Source: a virus
Lineage: Duplodnaviria > Caudoviricetes
IMG/VR virus record: IMGVR_UViG_3300014204_000112
Span: 1 to 64,000 of that record
Strand: one strand, 5' to 3'
Length of the DNA stretch: 64,000 bases
In this document: piece by piece, positions 19,099 to 30,534 of the stretch
How positions within the stretch are numbered: position 1 is the stretch's first letter
Layout of the letters: the number at the start of each line of letters is the position of its first letter
Notes under the pieces: model-generated
Told to the model about the DNA's origin: nothing
The model's database searches: none
The model's input: the letters and a program-made list of their open reading frames with translations, nothing else
Program-made: the position numbers and the translations under genes

Positions 19099-22000
19099 TA
19101 AATGTACTTAATTTTTAGTTTAGGTACTAGACTGACTCCTGAACTCGATTTTTTCATTATGGAACCAGTGATAATATCTGAATTTGTAGTGTTATTTATT
19201 TTGACAGATTTGATAGACGAATAACCGGCATCGTCTAACTGCTCGTAAGGCACTTCTGCAAAGCTTATCGAGTTATCAGGTAGGGTGTAGTCGGCCTTTT
19301 CGTAGAAATCTATTGTATCGAAAGAATAGAGTTTCACCAAGTTAGTCTTACAATAATCGTACAGGTACGAATCGAACGTGTAGGTTCCAAGAGAAACTGG
19401 GTCGGTGACGATAGGTTGACCATTTTCATCAGTGAAGAACTTTTGAAATTCTGCACGCAATCTCGTATCACCAGATAGACCAAGTTCAGATAGAGCTTTT
19501 GCTACGACCTGTGGGAAATTTATCTTGAATCGTACTTCGCTAGCGTAAACTGAGTAAGCGAATTCGACCAGATTGCCGGATACTGTGAGCTTTAAGAAAT
19601 CCGAATCGGATACTTCGAATTCTTGGTTTGTCAGTTCCACAAAAGTGAAAGATTCAGCTATGAATGATAGCGGAACGTTTAGCAATTTGGAAATGAATGA
19701 ATAGTCTTCCGTTACCCTACGACTTCCTGGAATAGCGTCTTTGTTCTTCTTAGTGCCGTACACATAATGATAATTGAAGTCCCAACTGCTTGACAGAACT
19801 TCGTACTTATCGAAATCTATCGGGGATTCGTAGATCATTGGGTATACAGGTTCGAACTTCTGAAAATTTTCGAAATCGAGAATGTTGTAATCTGCATACT
19901 TTACGTAAGAGAATTCTGGGATCACAAAGAAGTCAGTGATAGTTGGATTCAAAAACACATTTGCTCCGGTGAATGTTATTCCACCAGTAGTAATTTCTTG
20001 CTGGAATCCTGCAACCGGTCTGAACACGATTTCGTATTCTCCCGAATACCGGTAAAGCTCGTAAGAAGCGGAAAGGTCTTCGATCAAATCGAATCCTCCA
20101 ACTTCTTTTTTACTTGCAGTTTCAACTGTTATTGGAATTGAGGTTACCACCGTAGCTTTATTTAGGGAGTCTGCCTGTTCAGTTTTTATCTGTATCTGTT
20201 GGGTATTTGCCAAGTTACCGTTCTCATACGTTTCCAAGAAAATAAGATCGGACTTCTTGTCCAATAATGAAGCGAACGTAGCAAATGACAAATTCTCAAA
20301 TAAGTTAGCAAAGTAACCCTTTCCTCCAAACAACTGAAATTGCTGAGAATCGATGAGCCATGTGCCAGAGTATCCACTTGGAAAACTTTGTGGACTCAAA
20401 CTTAGTGTATAGCCAGTTCCGATACTTGGGATCAGAGCTACGTCAAGAACAATGACATCCGTTCCAGAAAGTCGGCTAAGAGTTAGTAAATTTTCAGAAA
20501 CTCTGGAAATTGCATGATTCGTTTTTGATGGATCGCTCAAGTCAGTAGGCAAAGTTACCGAATTGTTCAAATCTACTGATGATAAAACGGTCAGGACTAC
20601 CGAAACTTTTCCTGTTGAGCTTACGAACATCAACGGAGAGAATGACAGAAGAGGCTTGCTAACTCCAGGAACGCTATCATTTAATAAAGTGTCATGCGAT
20701 CCGCTCACTGGATTTATGAAGTCTTCCAATTTGAATTCGGTCGTTTGGACTCCAGACAGAGTTTTTCCAGCCAAGAAGTAAGAACTTGGGTTTCCTACCG
20801 GTTCACCTACGACTCCTTGCGTGCTAATGTCAACACCAATCGATAGTTTATTATTCGAATACGCCGATTTGGTCGTATTGTATTTCTTGTCCTTAGCTGA
20901 ATAAAGAAAATTGTATGTGAGATTCGATACTTCATTATCGTTGAACGAAATACGGTAATCTCCAAAAATTGACTGAAGTCCTGGAATCAATCGATTAAGC
21001 ATGAGATCGTATGTCGAAGATAACGGGATTCGCTTAAGAGTCGGCCCGGCATCTTTTAGTATTCTCATTCTGGAAGCAGAATCAGTCAAATAGCATAAGC
21101 GTTCTTCACTTAGCGTTAAATATTGTGGTGGATTTTCTAAGTAATTTAAGCTGATTCCAGTTAATTTACTAGAAGATGCCATCGTAAACAAAGCAGACTC
21201 AGCAAAGGCTATTATGTAGCTTTGTGATGCATCTGCTATTTTAGTTACGACGAATGTATCTCCAGGTTTAGGAATGTACTTTACTATTGGCGTGTTAGTT
21301 TTCAAATCTATAACGAATCCTTCATTTTTGAAGTCATCATTTGAAAAACTAGGGTAATTTGAATTTAATATTGTGTCAAATATTGCATCACCGCCGACTG
21401 TATTTTTAGTCAAATATTGATACTGTACTGGAAATTTATCTTGTTCGAATTCAATAATGATGAACTGATCCTGAAATACAGTAGTTTGATCTATTCTGAG
21501 GTCTGGAAAAATAACTTCACCTAGCGGATTAACTGGGATATGCAATAAACTTGGACTTATTTCTGAAACGTCGCTTACTGCAAGTTCGATAAGGATCACT
21601 ATTGACTTAGCATCCTTGTTCTCAATTATTCTGTACTTGATTGGCAGCTGCGATGACTGTAAATCTTCCTTGACCGGTTTCAAAAGAACGCTAAAGTTGT
21701 AATCCTCGAACCTGTCGGTCGTATCAAGAATCGATCCATCGCTAGAAAGTTCTGAGAAGACGAATTTTGCTCCATTGAAAATAGTAGCATACTGCTTGGT
21801 GAATTGATCCTTTGCCAATTTAGAGTACCTGAATTGTGGTCTATCGATTTCAACTCCATCTGACATCGGAATGTACGTGAAGTACTTTTCGAAATAAGCA
21901 GAATCAGAAATCATTAACTCCGTGTTGAAAGAGTCAGGGAAATAGTAGTTATTCTTCTTCACCAAATCGGTAGTCAACGAATAGTTGAAATCTGATTCGA

Positions 22001-24692
22001 TGTAGAACCACTCGTGCGTCAATTTTTCAGGAGTAGGAGAAGTTTCATGATGTGACGGCCCAAAATTATCCTTTCCGAACATGATGTCTGAATTCAAACG
22101 ATACGGATTTCCGCGAGCATCAGTTGAATCGATGATTCCCCATTTTGAAATGTAAGGAATGACTCGATTCGTATTCGAAAAATCGGTCGAGAAGTTTTCC
22201 AAGTAAACATGGTACTCGCTGATGAGGTTGTTCGCCTTGTACTTTTCTCTGTATTCGTAGGTCAATGCAGTTGGATCAGGCGAACTGTGATCGGCTCCAA
22301 ATGAGAAGAACCCGGTGAAGTTCAAAAGATTGCGGTCTTCGTCGAGAATTGGAATGTCTTGCCTTATCCAGTTTTGACTTCCTACTGACAGGCTTGATTG
22401 CGTTAAGATAACGTCACCGTTTAGAACGGAATACTCGTGCAACCCTTCTGAATTCTGCCAAACGATTGTATCTACACCGCCGGTAGCAGTGTACGTGATG
22501 TCATTTACTTTTATTTCGCCAGCACCTACTGTTTTGTACACGTACTTCGTGAAGTCTAGGATTTTTGTGTTCTTAGGCACGTAATAGTACTGATATAGAT
22601 CGATTTCTGGGATCTTTGCATAATTGGTGGAGTACGTATAGAAGTCAATGTCCTTGATTTCGAATATCGAGAGAACTCCGATCTTCGGCTTGTACAGTTT
22701 ACGAATTTCTATCCGGTCGTACAGAACCTCAGTCGGTTCGTTATCTTTCAATTCAAGAGTTGCATTCGCAAAATACGAAGAGACTGCTGAATCGGTGAGT
22801 ACCTCATTTTCGTCTATTGATACGGAAGAATTGCTCACTCTTAGTATAGTGGACCAATCCTTTTCGGTTTTTACCACTATTTGATCAAGGATTGGGGTTA
22901 ACCTATCAATATTGCCGATTGGAATTATTGCTTGCTTAGTAGATTCCATTCCGCCGTCAGCGTAAACGACAGAACTTGTGGTCTTTCCGTTTATCAGAAC
23001 TCGTGAGGATAACGTTCCAAGAGCCTTTACTGCCAATTCCAAGTAATGATTTCCGACTGGAAGTATTTGTACGAACATAGTAGAGTCAAAAGTCTTTCCA
23101 GTCAAAAATGAGCTCTTCAATTTTTTCACAATTTCTAGAACGGTCTTGGCTATTGTAGCTAGGTCCTTTGATTTTCCGGAAACTTTGGTAGGCACGTATA
23201 TTCTCGAAGCGCCATTGTTATTGTTCGGATAAGTAAGCCAGTACTCTTCTCCATTTGGAAATACTGAAGCAGTTGGATCGTCAACGAAAACGATGTCATC
23301 GTAACGACCGGCTGATTCTAGTGGATCGAATATTGATCCATTCTGATGAAATATTCTTAACGTTTCCAGATGTTCTGGATTGCTTGTGAATTGAATTGAA
23401 ACTGTTGACCGAGTATCAATGGACGAAGATTTTGCTGTTTCCTGAGAGAATAATTCCCCTGGGCCAAAGGTCAATCCTAAGTCAAGAGAAGTTTCATGAA
23501 TTGAGAACTTTATTCTATTTCCGACTTCTTCCATTGATTGAACCTGAGGAAATCTCAAAGAATCATCACGTAGCTTCAAGTAAGGAAAGAAGATACTATC
23601 CCGGTCGTTCATCATTGCATCAAATGCAGTCAGATCAGTATCAACACCAATTCCACGTAAAACTACTCCATCTGAGTTAGTGATAGTGACCGTGAGATCA
23701 TCGTCCTTTCTGATGGTTGCTGAAAGAGGATTGTCATTATCCTGGTTTTCATGCATTGCTTGTAAATCGATGTCGAATTGAGCAAGTTCGATTAGGTTGC
23801 AATAGAAACCGAAGTACCGATTGAAGGTGTAATCCTCGGAGGTATCATCATTGAACAGGAATTCCAAATTGAGAATTCTAGGGTGAATTATGTTATTTCT
23901 TTCGAAACCTTCGGTGATGTACTGTTCTAACTTTAATTGCGGAATCGATTTTCTGAGAGTCGAACTGAGCAATTCGGGAATTTCGACATACGTTCCGGAA
24001 CCAATGGACGATCCGCGGTAAACAGAGTAACGATCTTCCTTAAAGTTGATGTACAATGGGTTCTTGGTGTACATCGGATTCTTGGTGATGTTCCTGATGT
24101 ACTTTCCAATTTTTGAATTTTCGGTAAGATCGAATGCTTTTACAGCAACTGCTTTCCTGAAAAGGTCAAGAGAAAACGTTTTTCTATCGAAGGTTGGATC
24201 TGCCAGTTTCTGTTTCCATTCTCCAACAGTGTAATTTGAAGCTCCAGGAACTTTGAATATTACGAAAGCTTCTGGAACTACTGCATCTAAGTAAAGAGGT
24301 GCCAAATAACTGAACTTTTCGCTGTAATTCTTTGAGGTCAAGTACTTTGCACCGCTAGAATACAGATCGAAATCGAACTGGTCCTTAAGGTCCTTAGCTA
24401 CAGTATCGATCGTTATTGTGGAGCCAATTGCGAACGAGATTTTCGTTGGAGTTTTTCCGAAATCGTAGAACTTGAACAGATTAACTTCATGTGCTGAAGC
24501 CGGATCGATTGGAAAGTTCTTGTACTTATTCTGAGCTAGCTCTGAAGTCGCATCAATTGAATTGAACCACAGGCCTCCAGCCGAATCGATTGTCAGTTTT
24601 ACGTTCGATGTTAGTTTGGGATTGGTGCGTAGCAATCCGAAGCTTATTCCTCTATCGGTGAGCTTCGTGTATGTTGGACTCTGACTTGGCAA
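19098..24692 (-). CDS. Large putative virion structural protein (1864 aa)
   Basis: Long ORF in the late cluster with a TTG start; no family recognised. Confidence 0.65.
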   Translation of the reverse strand: MPSQSPTYTKLTDRGISFGLLRTNPKLTSNVKLTIDSAGGLWFNSIDATSELAQNKYKNFPIDPASAHEVNLFKFYDFGKTPTKISFAIGSTITIDTVAKDLKDQFDFDLYSSGAKYLTSKNYSEKFSYLAPLYLDAVVPEAFVIFKVPGASNYTVGEWKQKLADPTFDRKTFSLDLFRKAVAVKAFDLTENSKIGKYIRNITKNPMYTKNPLYINFKEDRYSVYRGSSIGSGTYVEIPELLSSTLRKSIPQLKLEQYITEGFERNNIIHPRILNLEFLFNDDTSEDYTFNRYFGFYCNLIELAQFDIDLQAMHENQDNDNPLSATIRKDDDLTVTITNSDGVVLRGIGVDTDLTAFDAMMNDRDSIFFPYLKLRDDSLRFPQVQSMEEVGNRIKFSIHETSLDLGLTFGPGELFSQETAKSSSIDTRSTVSIQFTSNPEHLETLRIFHQNGSIFDPLESAGRYDDIVFVDDPTASVFPNGEEYWLTYPNNNNGASRIYVPTKVSGKSKDLATIAKTVLEIVKKLKSSFLTGKTFDSTMFVQILPVGNHYLELAVKALGTLSSRVLINGKTTSSVVYADGGMESTKQAIIPIGNIDRLTPILDQIVVKTEKDWSTILRVSNSSVSIDENEVLTDSAVSSYFANATLELKDNEPTEVLYDRIEIRKLYKPKIGVLSIFEIKDIDFYTYSTNYAKIPEIDLYQYYYVPKNTKILDFTKYVYKTVGAGEIKVNDITYTATGGVDTIVWQNSEGLHEYSVLNGDVILTQSSLSVGSQNWIRQDIPILDEDRNLLNFTGFFSFGADHSSPDPTALTYEYREKYKANNLISEYHVYLENFSTDFSNTNRVIPYISKWGIIDSTDARGNPYRLNSDIMFGKDNFGPSHHETSPTPEKLTHEWFYIESDFNYSLTTDLVKKNNYYFPDSFNTELMISDSAYFEKYFTYIPMSDGVEIDRPQFRYSKLAKDQFTKQYATIFNGAKFVFSELSSDGSILDTTDRFEDYNFSVLLKPVKEDLQSSQLPIKYRIIENKDAKSIVILIELAVSDVSEISPSLLHIPVNPLGEVIFPDLRIDQTTVFQDQFIIIEFEQDKFPVQYQYLTKNTVGGDAIFDTILNSNYPSFSNDDFKNEGFVIDLKTNTPIVKYIPKPGDTFVVTKIADASQSYIIAFAESALFTMASSSKLTGISLNYLENPPQYLTLSEERLCYLTDSASRMRILKDAGPTLKRIPLSSTYDLMLNRLIPGLQSIFGDYRISFNDNEVSNLTYNFLYSAKDKKYNTTKSAYSNNKLSIGVDISTQGVVGEPVGNPSSYFLAGKTLSGVQTTEFKLEDFINPVSGSHDTLLNDSVPGVSKPLLSFSPLMFVSSTGKVSVVLTVLSSVDLNNSVTLPTDLSDPSKTNHAISRVSENLLTLSRLSGTDVIVLDVALIPSIGTGYTLSLSPQSFPSGYSGTWLIDSQQFQLFGGKGYFANLFENLSFATFASLLDKKSDLIFLETYENGNLANTQQIQIKTEQADSLNKATVVTSIPITVETASKKEVGGFDLIEDLSASYELYRYSGEYEIVFRPVAGFQQEITTGGITFTGANVFLNPTITDFFVIPEFSYVKYADYNILDFENFQKFEPVYPMIYESPIDFDKYEVLSSSWDFNYHYVYGTKKNKDAIPGSRRVTEDYSFISKLLNVPLSFIAESFTFVELTNQEFEVSDSDFLKLTVSGNLVEFAYSVYASEVRFKINFPQVVAKALSELGLSGDTRLRAEFQKFFTDENGQPIVTDPVSLGTYTFDSYLYDYCKTNLVKLYSFDTIDFYEKADYTLPDNSISFAEVPYEQLDDAGYSSIKSVKINNTTNSDIITGSIMKKSSSGVSLVPKLKIKYI

Positions 24693-24708
24693 AATTCATC
24701 CAATTTTT

Positions 24709-27700
24709 TTAGTCAGCAGTTAATGTGATCTGACTCATTGTATTGGATTTCGATATTGTGCTGATTGGAGTTACAACCGCCGTTTCTTTTTCGTACTGTG
24801 CACTTACCATCACGTCAAATGAAAAGACATCGTCTTTCAGTTGAATATCGAATCCAATCTGTTTAGTATATTTAACATTCCGTAAACCTGCCGCAACGTT
24901 TGGACGGTATCCTCCGACATAGGTCAAGTAATCAGAACACCTGTACTGGAAGTTCAGCGGAATTTTTATAGCATTGGCTTCTCCGACTTCTACGATTCTC
25001 TTCGAAGTTGATGGACTGTATGTGGTTGCCGCAATACTTTCGTGCGAGGATGGTGATATGTAGAGGTAGGCACCGCATGTGTACTTTCCAATTAAGTACT
25101 GGTCATTCGGCAGGAATCCCTGCTTTATTGGATACCGGCCTTCGTGCAAAGTAACACTTGTGCTAGGAGCGCGATATGCAGCCTGAGTAAAGTATTTCAC
25201 ACCAAATGGATTGGTAGAATCTGCTTCGGACGTTTCAAAGTGAGCTGCTTGGCTGAACGGCAGAACCGTTTGTGTAGTTCCGATTGCTGGGCGATACCAA
25301 GATGAATTCCAGTTGTAATTGTACTGTCCTCCAGCCTTGATGTCTGGATGATCAGTAGATACGCAGAATTCTGAAAGTAATCCTCCACCAACTGGAGCTG
25401 TTCCAGAAATTGTTCCGTTCCAAACCGATGCGTTTAATGAAAGGCTGTAGTCAACGTTATTGATCTTCACTGTGAACGAACCTAAGGTTGGATCGAATGG
25501 TAGGTAATGACCTGCTGAATAAGGAACAACTGTGCTGATTCCAGCTTTAGTTATTGTAGTTCCGTTGTAAGAGTATGGAGCATCAGGAAATGGCGAGTAT
25601 ATTGCAGGCGTTGACAGTTCGTCTCCCTGAACCAGTTTTTCTGATAAGTTTAGGGACTTGTACCTTCTGTAAATTATCTGTCCCTTTACCTGCGATGACT
25701 GGTATCCCTCTATTTGCTTCAAGCCACCTGGTGTACCAGCAGTTGAATTACTTATTGATATTGGGGCAATGTCATACCTCAAGTTAAGATTATATCCGTC
25801 TGTCGCACCTCCACTAGGATTGGAAGTTGACACAATTTCGCCAGTTCCACCATTTATGGAAGCTATGAGCTGTAATGGACTTTGAGCAGTATTTTCCAGT
25901 TGGATCAAGTATTGGTTAGTAATGATCTTTCCATGATCGTAAGAAGTTACGTTTCCAGTAGTTTTCTTGATCTGATCCTTATAGTAACCTGCAAACATTT
26001 GAACGGTTTGACCACTGTTTACTGCGATCGAATTTCCGTCCTGATCAATGATGCTTACCTTTAGCACTCCAGTAGAAGTGGAAAGCGAGGTCTGTATAGA
26101 AACCAAAGTATCACTTATGTTCTTGATCTTCGTGTAAAGGTCAATGATGCTTCCGTCAGTTGCAAAGAATCCGCTGGCAATATCCTCAGATTTATGAGCG
26201 AAGTACTTATCCTTGCTGGTGAATGCTGTTCCAAGGTGAATGTCAAGACCCTTAGCGTTCAAATCGTTTTGGAAATTGATCTTTGCTTCCTCTGCGAATG
26301 CTTGCTGCGAAATCACAGAAACATCCTCGATCGTTTGCATGTTGGCTGGGAATTCTACCAGGATGCTGTTAGACCAATCCGATTCGATTGGATTGTCTGG
26401 CCATCCTGCTTCGGACAGAGTTTTTACTCTGATTTCAAGGACTTCTCCCTTTCCGATTGGTAGTTCCACCTGATTGCAATTCACTACGTCTGGATTTGCA
26501 ACGTCTTCTGGAGCCCATTCGTAAAATCCTGTGCTGTTATTGTAGATCTTCGTCCTTGCTTTTCCAATGAGTTCTTTCCATGGAGAGAACGCTCCGACCA
26601 CCTTATTTCCCTTAGGATCGGCGTACGTGATCTGTTCCACTGTTTCGCTAGTACCAGTCTTGCTTAAAACCCGATAGGAAACTTTGAATTGAGCAGCTTG
26701 CTGAATTCCCCTAGTCGTATTGATCGGTTCAGGAATGTGCCACATTCCCTTAACGTGATACGTTGGAGCTTTTATCAGAGTAGGAGTTCCCTTAACTGCA
26801 GTAGTCACAGAAGAGATCTTACTTGCATGAGCTGTGCTAAGAGTTGACCTGGAATCGCTTAAAGTCTTTAAGTCCTTATTCAGTTTTAGCTGCTGAGAAG
26901 CAGTAAGAGCTGCATTCGTGTTCAATTGAGCACGCTTGTCACTTATCTGCTTGTCAACCTCAGTGATCTGAGATTTTATAGCTTCAACGGATGCAATATT
27001 CTGCTTTACTTCTTGGATGTCATTTGCTGACTGTATGTGAGCATCAACCTGAACAACTTTGAAATGTTCAGCGGATAGAACCACTGGATTTGGTTTTTCG
27101 CCCAATGATGGTGGAACTTTCTTGTCCTTAGTGTAATTCAAGAACACCAAACTAAAGTCGGAAACGAATTGGTTGTAGAATTCTTCCAGGGTCAGAACTG
27201 TACCGTCCTGCATGGTGATGGTAAGTTCATTTGAAAATATGCCGAATCCTTGCGAATAATTTTGAGTAGTGACTTTCAGACGTGTGCTCGTTGGGCGGAG
27301 GAAAATCACCTGGCGCTCATTGTAGCCAACGTTTACCGGAGCAACCTTAATTACATCAAGCTGTGGTTTAATCCTAAGCTTTGCTGCACCTGTGGTCAAT
27401 TCTCCAAGACCAAATATCCTGGTGAGAGTGATGCTGGTTTCGTTGGTATCGACTGCTGATACTTGGTATTCAGAATTGTCTGGAGTTATCAGAACGTCTC
27501 CCGGTTTCAAATTACGTTGAACCACTCCAGTTGGAGCAGTTGTGGATTTTTCCATGTACCTCAACGTATTGAGAATGTACTTAGTAACTGTGAGTGTCTG
27601 AGTTTCTCCCATTACGACCTTAGCCTCCTGATCGTACAGCATGTTAAGGATGTCGAACGATCCAGAAATCTTATTCTGTGAAGCTGGAAGAGATGTTTCA

Positions 27701-28308
27701 TTCGCGTCTTCGAAATAGGCTATTGCCCTGCTATTGAGATCCTTTATGAGATCGTTGTAATTGATCGTGTTCTTACCCTTATAGGTAGAATCGAAGTAAT
27801 CGAGATCAGCTTGGGTGGTGGAGGTTATGAGAACCCTAGCCACTTCGAACCTATCGATGTCCGATGATGCTATGTCGTCCACAGGAATGTTGACGTAAAG
27901 CAAAGGATTCAGGAAGGATTCGAAAAACCAGTTAGCTTTATAATTGAAATTGACAGGAGTAGTAACTGACTTACTGGAAACAGAATCCAGGTCAGAAATC
28001 ACGTTGGAAAGATCTTGTAGTTCGAACGTTCTTACTTGGCCGTTCTCATCGATCACCCCGACTCTGTTCGCATTACCAGTCAATAATGAATTGAACTTAT
28101 CATCGACTGCATTGACCTTGTTGGTCAAGAATGCGAAAGATGGAACAACGAATGTTTTCTCTGTTCCATCCTGTAATGTTTGGTTAATCGACACAGAGTC
28201 TGAGCTTGTCGTCAACATCATGGAGAGCTTGTTCAAGAACTCCTGCATGTTGTTTATGTCGACTCCAAGTTCGGCTAAGTAATCGGATAACGTGTTATGA
28301 TCGGCCAT
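24709..28308 (-). CDS. Putative virion structural protein with central coiled coil (1199 aa)
   Basis: Long ORF with a heptad-rich segment (IQEVKQNIASVEAIKSQITEVDKQI). Confidence 0.65.
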   Translation of the reverse strand: MADHNTLSDYLAELGVDINNMQEFLNKLSMMLTTSSDSVSINQTLQDGTEKTFVVPSFAFLTNKVNAVDDKFNSLLTGNANRVGVIDENGQVRTFELQDLSNVISDLDSVSSKSVTTPVNFNYKANWFFESFLNPLLYVNIPVDDIASSDIDRFEVARVLITSTTQADLDYFDSTYKGKNTINYNDLIKDLNSRAIAYFEDANETSLPASQNKISGSFDILNMLYDQEAKVVMGETQTLTVTKYILNTLRYMEKSTTAPTGVVQRNLKPGDVLITPDNSEYQVSAVDTNETSITLTRIFGLGELTTGAAKLRIKPQLDVIKVAPVNVGYNERQVIFLRPTSTRLKVTTQNYSQGFGIFSNELTITMQDGTVLTLEEFYNQFVSDFSLVFLNYTKDKKVPPSLGEKPNPVVLSAEHFKVVQVDAHIQSANDIQEVKQNIASVEAIKSQITEVDKQISDKRAQLNTNAALTASQQLKLNKDLKTLSDSRSTLSTAHASKISSVTTAVKGTPTLIKAPTYHVKGMWHIPEPINTTRGIQQAAQFKVSYRVLSKTGTSETVEQITYADPKGNKVVGAFSPWKELIGKARTKIYNNSTGFYEWAPEDVANPDVVNCNQVELPIGKGEVLEIRVKTLSEAGWPDNPIESDWSNSILVEFPANMQTIEDVSVISQQAFAEEAKINFQNDLNAKGLDIHLGTAFTSKDKYFAHKSEDIASGFFATDGSIIDLYTKIKNISDTLVSIQTSLSTSTGVLKVSIIDQDGNSIAVNSGQTVQMFAGYYKDQIKKTTGNVTSYDHGKIITNQYLIQLENTAQSPLQLIASINGGTGEIVSTSNPSGGATDGYNLNLRYDIAPISISNSTAGTPGGLKQIEGYQSSQVKGQIIYRRYKSLNLSEKLVQGDELSTPAIYSPFPDAPYSYNGTTITKAGISTVVPYSAGHYLPFDPTLGSFTVKINNVDYSLSLNASVWNGTISGTAPVGGGLLSEFCVSTDHPDIKAGGQYNYNWNSSWYRPAIGTTQTVLPFSQAAHFETSEADSTNPFGVKYFTQAAYRAPSTSVTLHEGRYPIKQGFLPNDQYLIGKYTCGAYLYISPSSHESIAATTYSPSTSKRIVEVGEANAIKIPLNFQYRCSDYLTYVGGYRPNVAAGLRNVKYTKQIGFDIQLKDDVFSFDVMVSAQYEKETAVVTPISTISKSNTMSQITLTAD

Positions 28309-28313
28309 TTGTA

Positions 28314-30524
28314 TTATCTTATTATTTTATCAACCTGGAAGGTTAAGTTTACCGAATCAGTGCAAGTTATTTCCAGCATAGGTCTACCAGTTCTTCCAAA
28401 GTTCTGTTGAAAATCATCTTCGGATAAGGTAGCGATAATTCTACCGTAAACTGCCGATTGATTTGTCAGATTTCCTGCGTCCGTTTTTATGTAAATCACG
28501 AAATCTCCAGGAATGATTTGCGTATCGATTACGAATTTCATCACCTGTCCAGTTTTCCACTTGTTGACTGAATCGTTGATTCGAATTTCGAGGTCGGCCG
28601 GCAATGTCCAAACTGATGGATTCAAGTTAGTATTTGAAATCGGTTTGTAATGTTTCAAGTAAGTGTTCGAAACTCCAAGGTCGAACGTACAAATATTTCC
28701 GTTATTCACGGTTGTACTTGCTAAATTAACTTGTGATGAGCTCGAGTACAATTGGGCATTGTTCGAGAACGTAACTTGACCAGCAACGCTCTTATCAATG
28801 TTGACTCCATACCCATTTTTGAAAGGAGCAAAATCGTATGACATTAGGATCGATGTGCGATTGTTATACAGGTCGGTGATCTGTTGATTTAGACTGGCAA
28901 TCAATTGCATGATTGCATCAGCTTCATCAAATGCAGCAACCGAAGCTTGCACAGTTGTTTCAAGAACAGATACTCTCTGATCAAGTTGATCAAGGCCTGA
29001 TGTACTTACTAGGGCTTGTTTTGCTGCTAACAAGTCATTGGCAAGATTCTCAAGTTCAGTGATCTTTTCATTAAGAGTAGTTTGAATCCTACGAAGTTCG
29101 GTCATAACGTCAAGGAACAGATCGAGGCCGAATGTAGAATAATCATTGATCGATTTCTCAACTGCAACTTCCTCGATTGAAGTATCGAACTTGATGTTGA
29201 TCTTATGTGCGAAAGCATTACCGTTAGTACGATTGATCACATCCGGCTTTTCTTTCATTATCATTGGGATTTCGAAATCGATTCCAGACTGTTCAACCTT
29301 GTTCAGAAAATAAATTCCGTAAAGGTTAGTCACGCTTGACGGTTCGCTCTGATTTTCCTGAGGAACTGGATCGTAAATATCGTAATAAACGAGAATTGCA
29401 TTGAATTCGAAATCGTAATTAGCAACCGAATCCGCTAATTGAGCAAGGCTCTTTATGTTTGGATCGTCTGCTGCAACCGTGTAATTAGCAAGATCGAAGT
29501 CTACGACCACACCGTCCAATGTAGAACGAAGGTATTCTACTTCCCTCGTATTTCCATCGCCATCTGTGTACGTTTTGAAAATCTTTTGAACCTTTGGTGT
29601 TGAGGTTGTTGTGCTACCGTACAATCCTCCAAAGTAAGCCGCTTGATCTGTGTGGTATGTGTTATTCAATTGGTTTGCTCCCCACCAATAACTCGGTGAA
29701 ATTAAGCTCCAGTCAACGATAGTATTAAGGGTATCAGTTAGTTTCTGTGTTGATGCACCGGAATCCAAATCGAAAAATGTGAGCAAATTCATTCCAGCGT
29801 ATGGATGTGAATCATCCCAGTGCCTGCCGTTTAGAAATTCTACGTCAAGTGGATCTCCTGGTGAATTAAGGAGAACAATATCAGCATGGTAATTATCATC
29901 CGCTTTGGAATTGAATAGAACGGTTGGCGAAGTTCCTACATTAGTTGGAACATGAACGTATATTTCGCTGTATGAATTGTCCTTGTTTCTTACTGAATTG
30001 ATGACATCAACGTCTCCGATGTACTTCACCACCCTGTTGTAAGTGGAACTCGATGCATCGTACCAGTCCTCTGCCCATCTCTTTTCTCCAGTAGGAAGGG
30101 TCGAAATGACTTCTGAACTGTTCGCTGGTCTCCAACGAATTGCTCCCATTTCCTTCATCCATTTCCAGAAGACTCTTTCCGATACATTGAGCTTCTTTTC
30201 GCGTTTGTACGAATCTTGGGAAATGAGCATGCTTTCAAAGTTCAGAGCATAATTCTCAAAACTTAGAGCCAAGTTGATGTTCTGGTTGGTGCTTAGTCCG
30301 TCCAAAAGTGGAGTTTCTCCGACCGCCATGAACTGAATTCGGTTATCAGTAGTTAACGTGGTTGGTATGCCAATCTCTGGAATTCTAAGAAGCGCAAACT
30401 TGGAGAACCTAAACTTGTTCGTATTATTGTTGAACGTTAGGTTGAGATCTTCAAGCGAGCTCTGGAATGTGTAAAACATCCCCTTTCTCGTCTGTATCGG
30501 TTTTATTAGTGGACAAACTGCCAT
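28314..30524 (-). CDS. Putative virion structural protein with coiled coil
   Basis: Long ORF in the late cluster; helical LRRIQTTLNEKITELENL segment. Confidence 0.65.
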   Translation of the reverse strand: MAVCPLIKPIQTRKGMFYTFQSSLEDLNLTFNNNTNKFRFSKFALLRIPEIGIPTTLTTDNRIQFMAVGETPLLDGLSTNQNINLALSFENYALNFESMLISQDSYKREKKLNVSERVFWKWMKEMGAIRWRPANSSEVISTLPTGEKRWAEDWYDASSSTYNRVVKYIGDVDVINSVRNKDNSYSEIYVHVPTNVGTSPTVLFNSKADDNYHADIVLLNSPGDPLDVEFLNGRHWDDSHPYAGMNLLTFFDLDSGASTQKLTDTLNTIVDWSLISPSYWWGANQLNNTYHTDQAAYFGGLYGSTTTSTPKVQKIFKTYTDGDGNTREVEYLRSTLDGVVVDFDLANYTVAADDPNIKSLAQLADSVANYDFEFNAILVYYDIYDPVPQENQSEPSSVTNLYGIYFLNKVEQSGIDFEIPMIMKEKPDVINRTNGNAFAHKINIKFDTSIEEVAVEKSINDYSTFGLDLFLDVMTELRRIQTTLNEKITELENLANDLLAAKQALVSTSGLDQLDQRVSVLETTVQASVAAFDEADAIMQLIASLNQQITDLYNNRTSILMSYDFAPFKNGYGVNIDKSVAGQVTFSNNAQLYSSSSQVNLASTTVNNGNICTFDLGVSNTYLKHYKPISNTNLNPSVWTLPADLEIRINDSVNKWKTGQVMKFVIDTQIIPGDFVIYIKTDAGNLTNQSAVYGRIIATLSEDDFQQNFGRTGRPMLEITCTDSVNLTFQVDKIIR

Positions 30525-30534
30525 CAATTATTGA

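Noticed and set aside
19193-19199. Late promoter for the 19098 gene
   Set aside because: It lies inside coding sequence (KINN) about 95 nt upstream; may be chance, so it is not listed as a feature.
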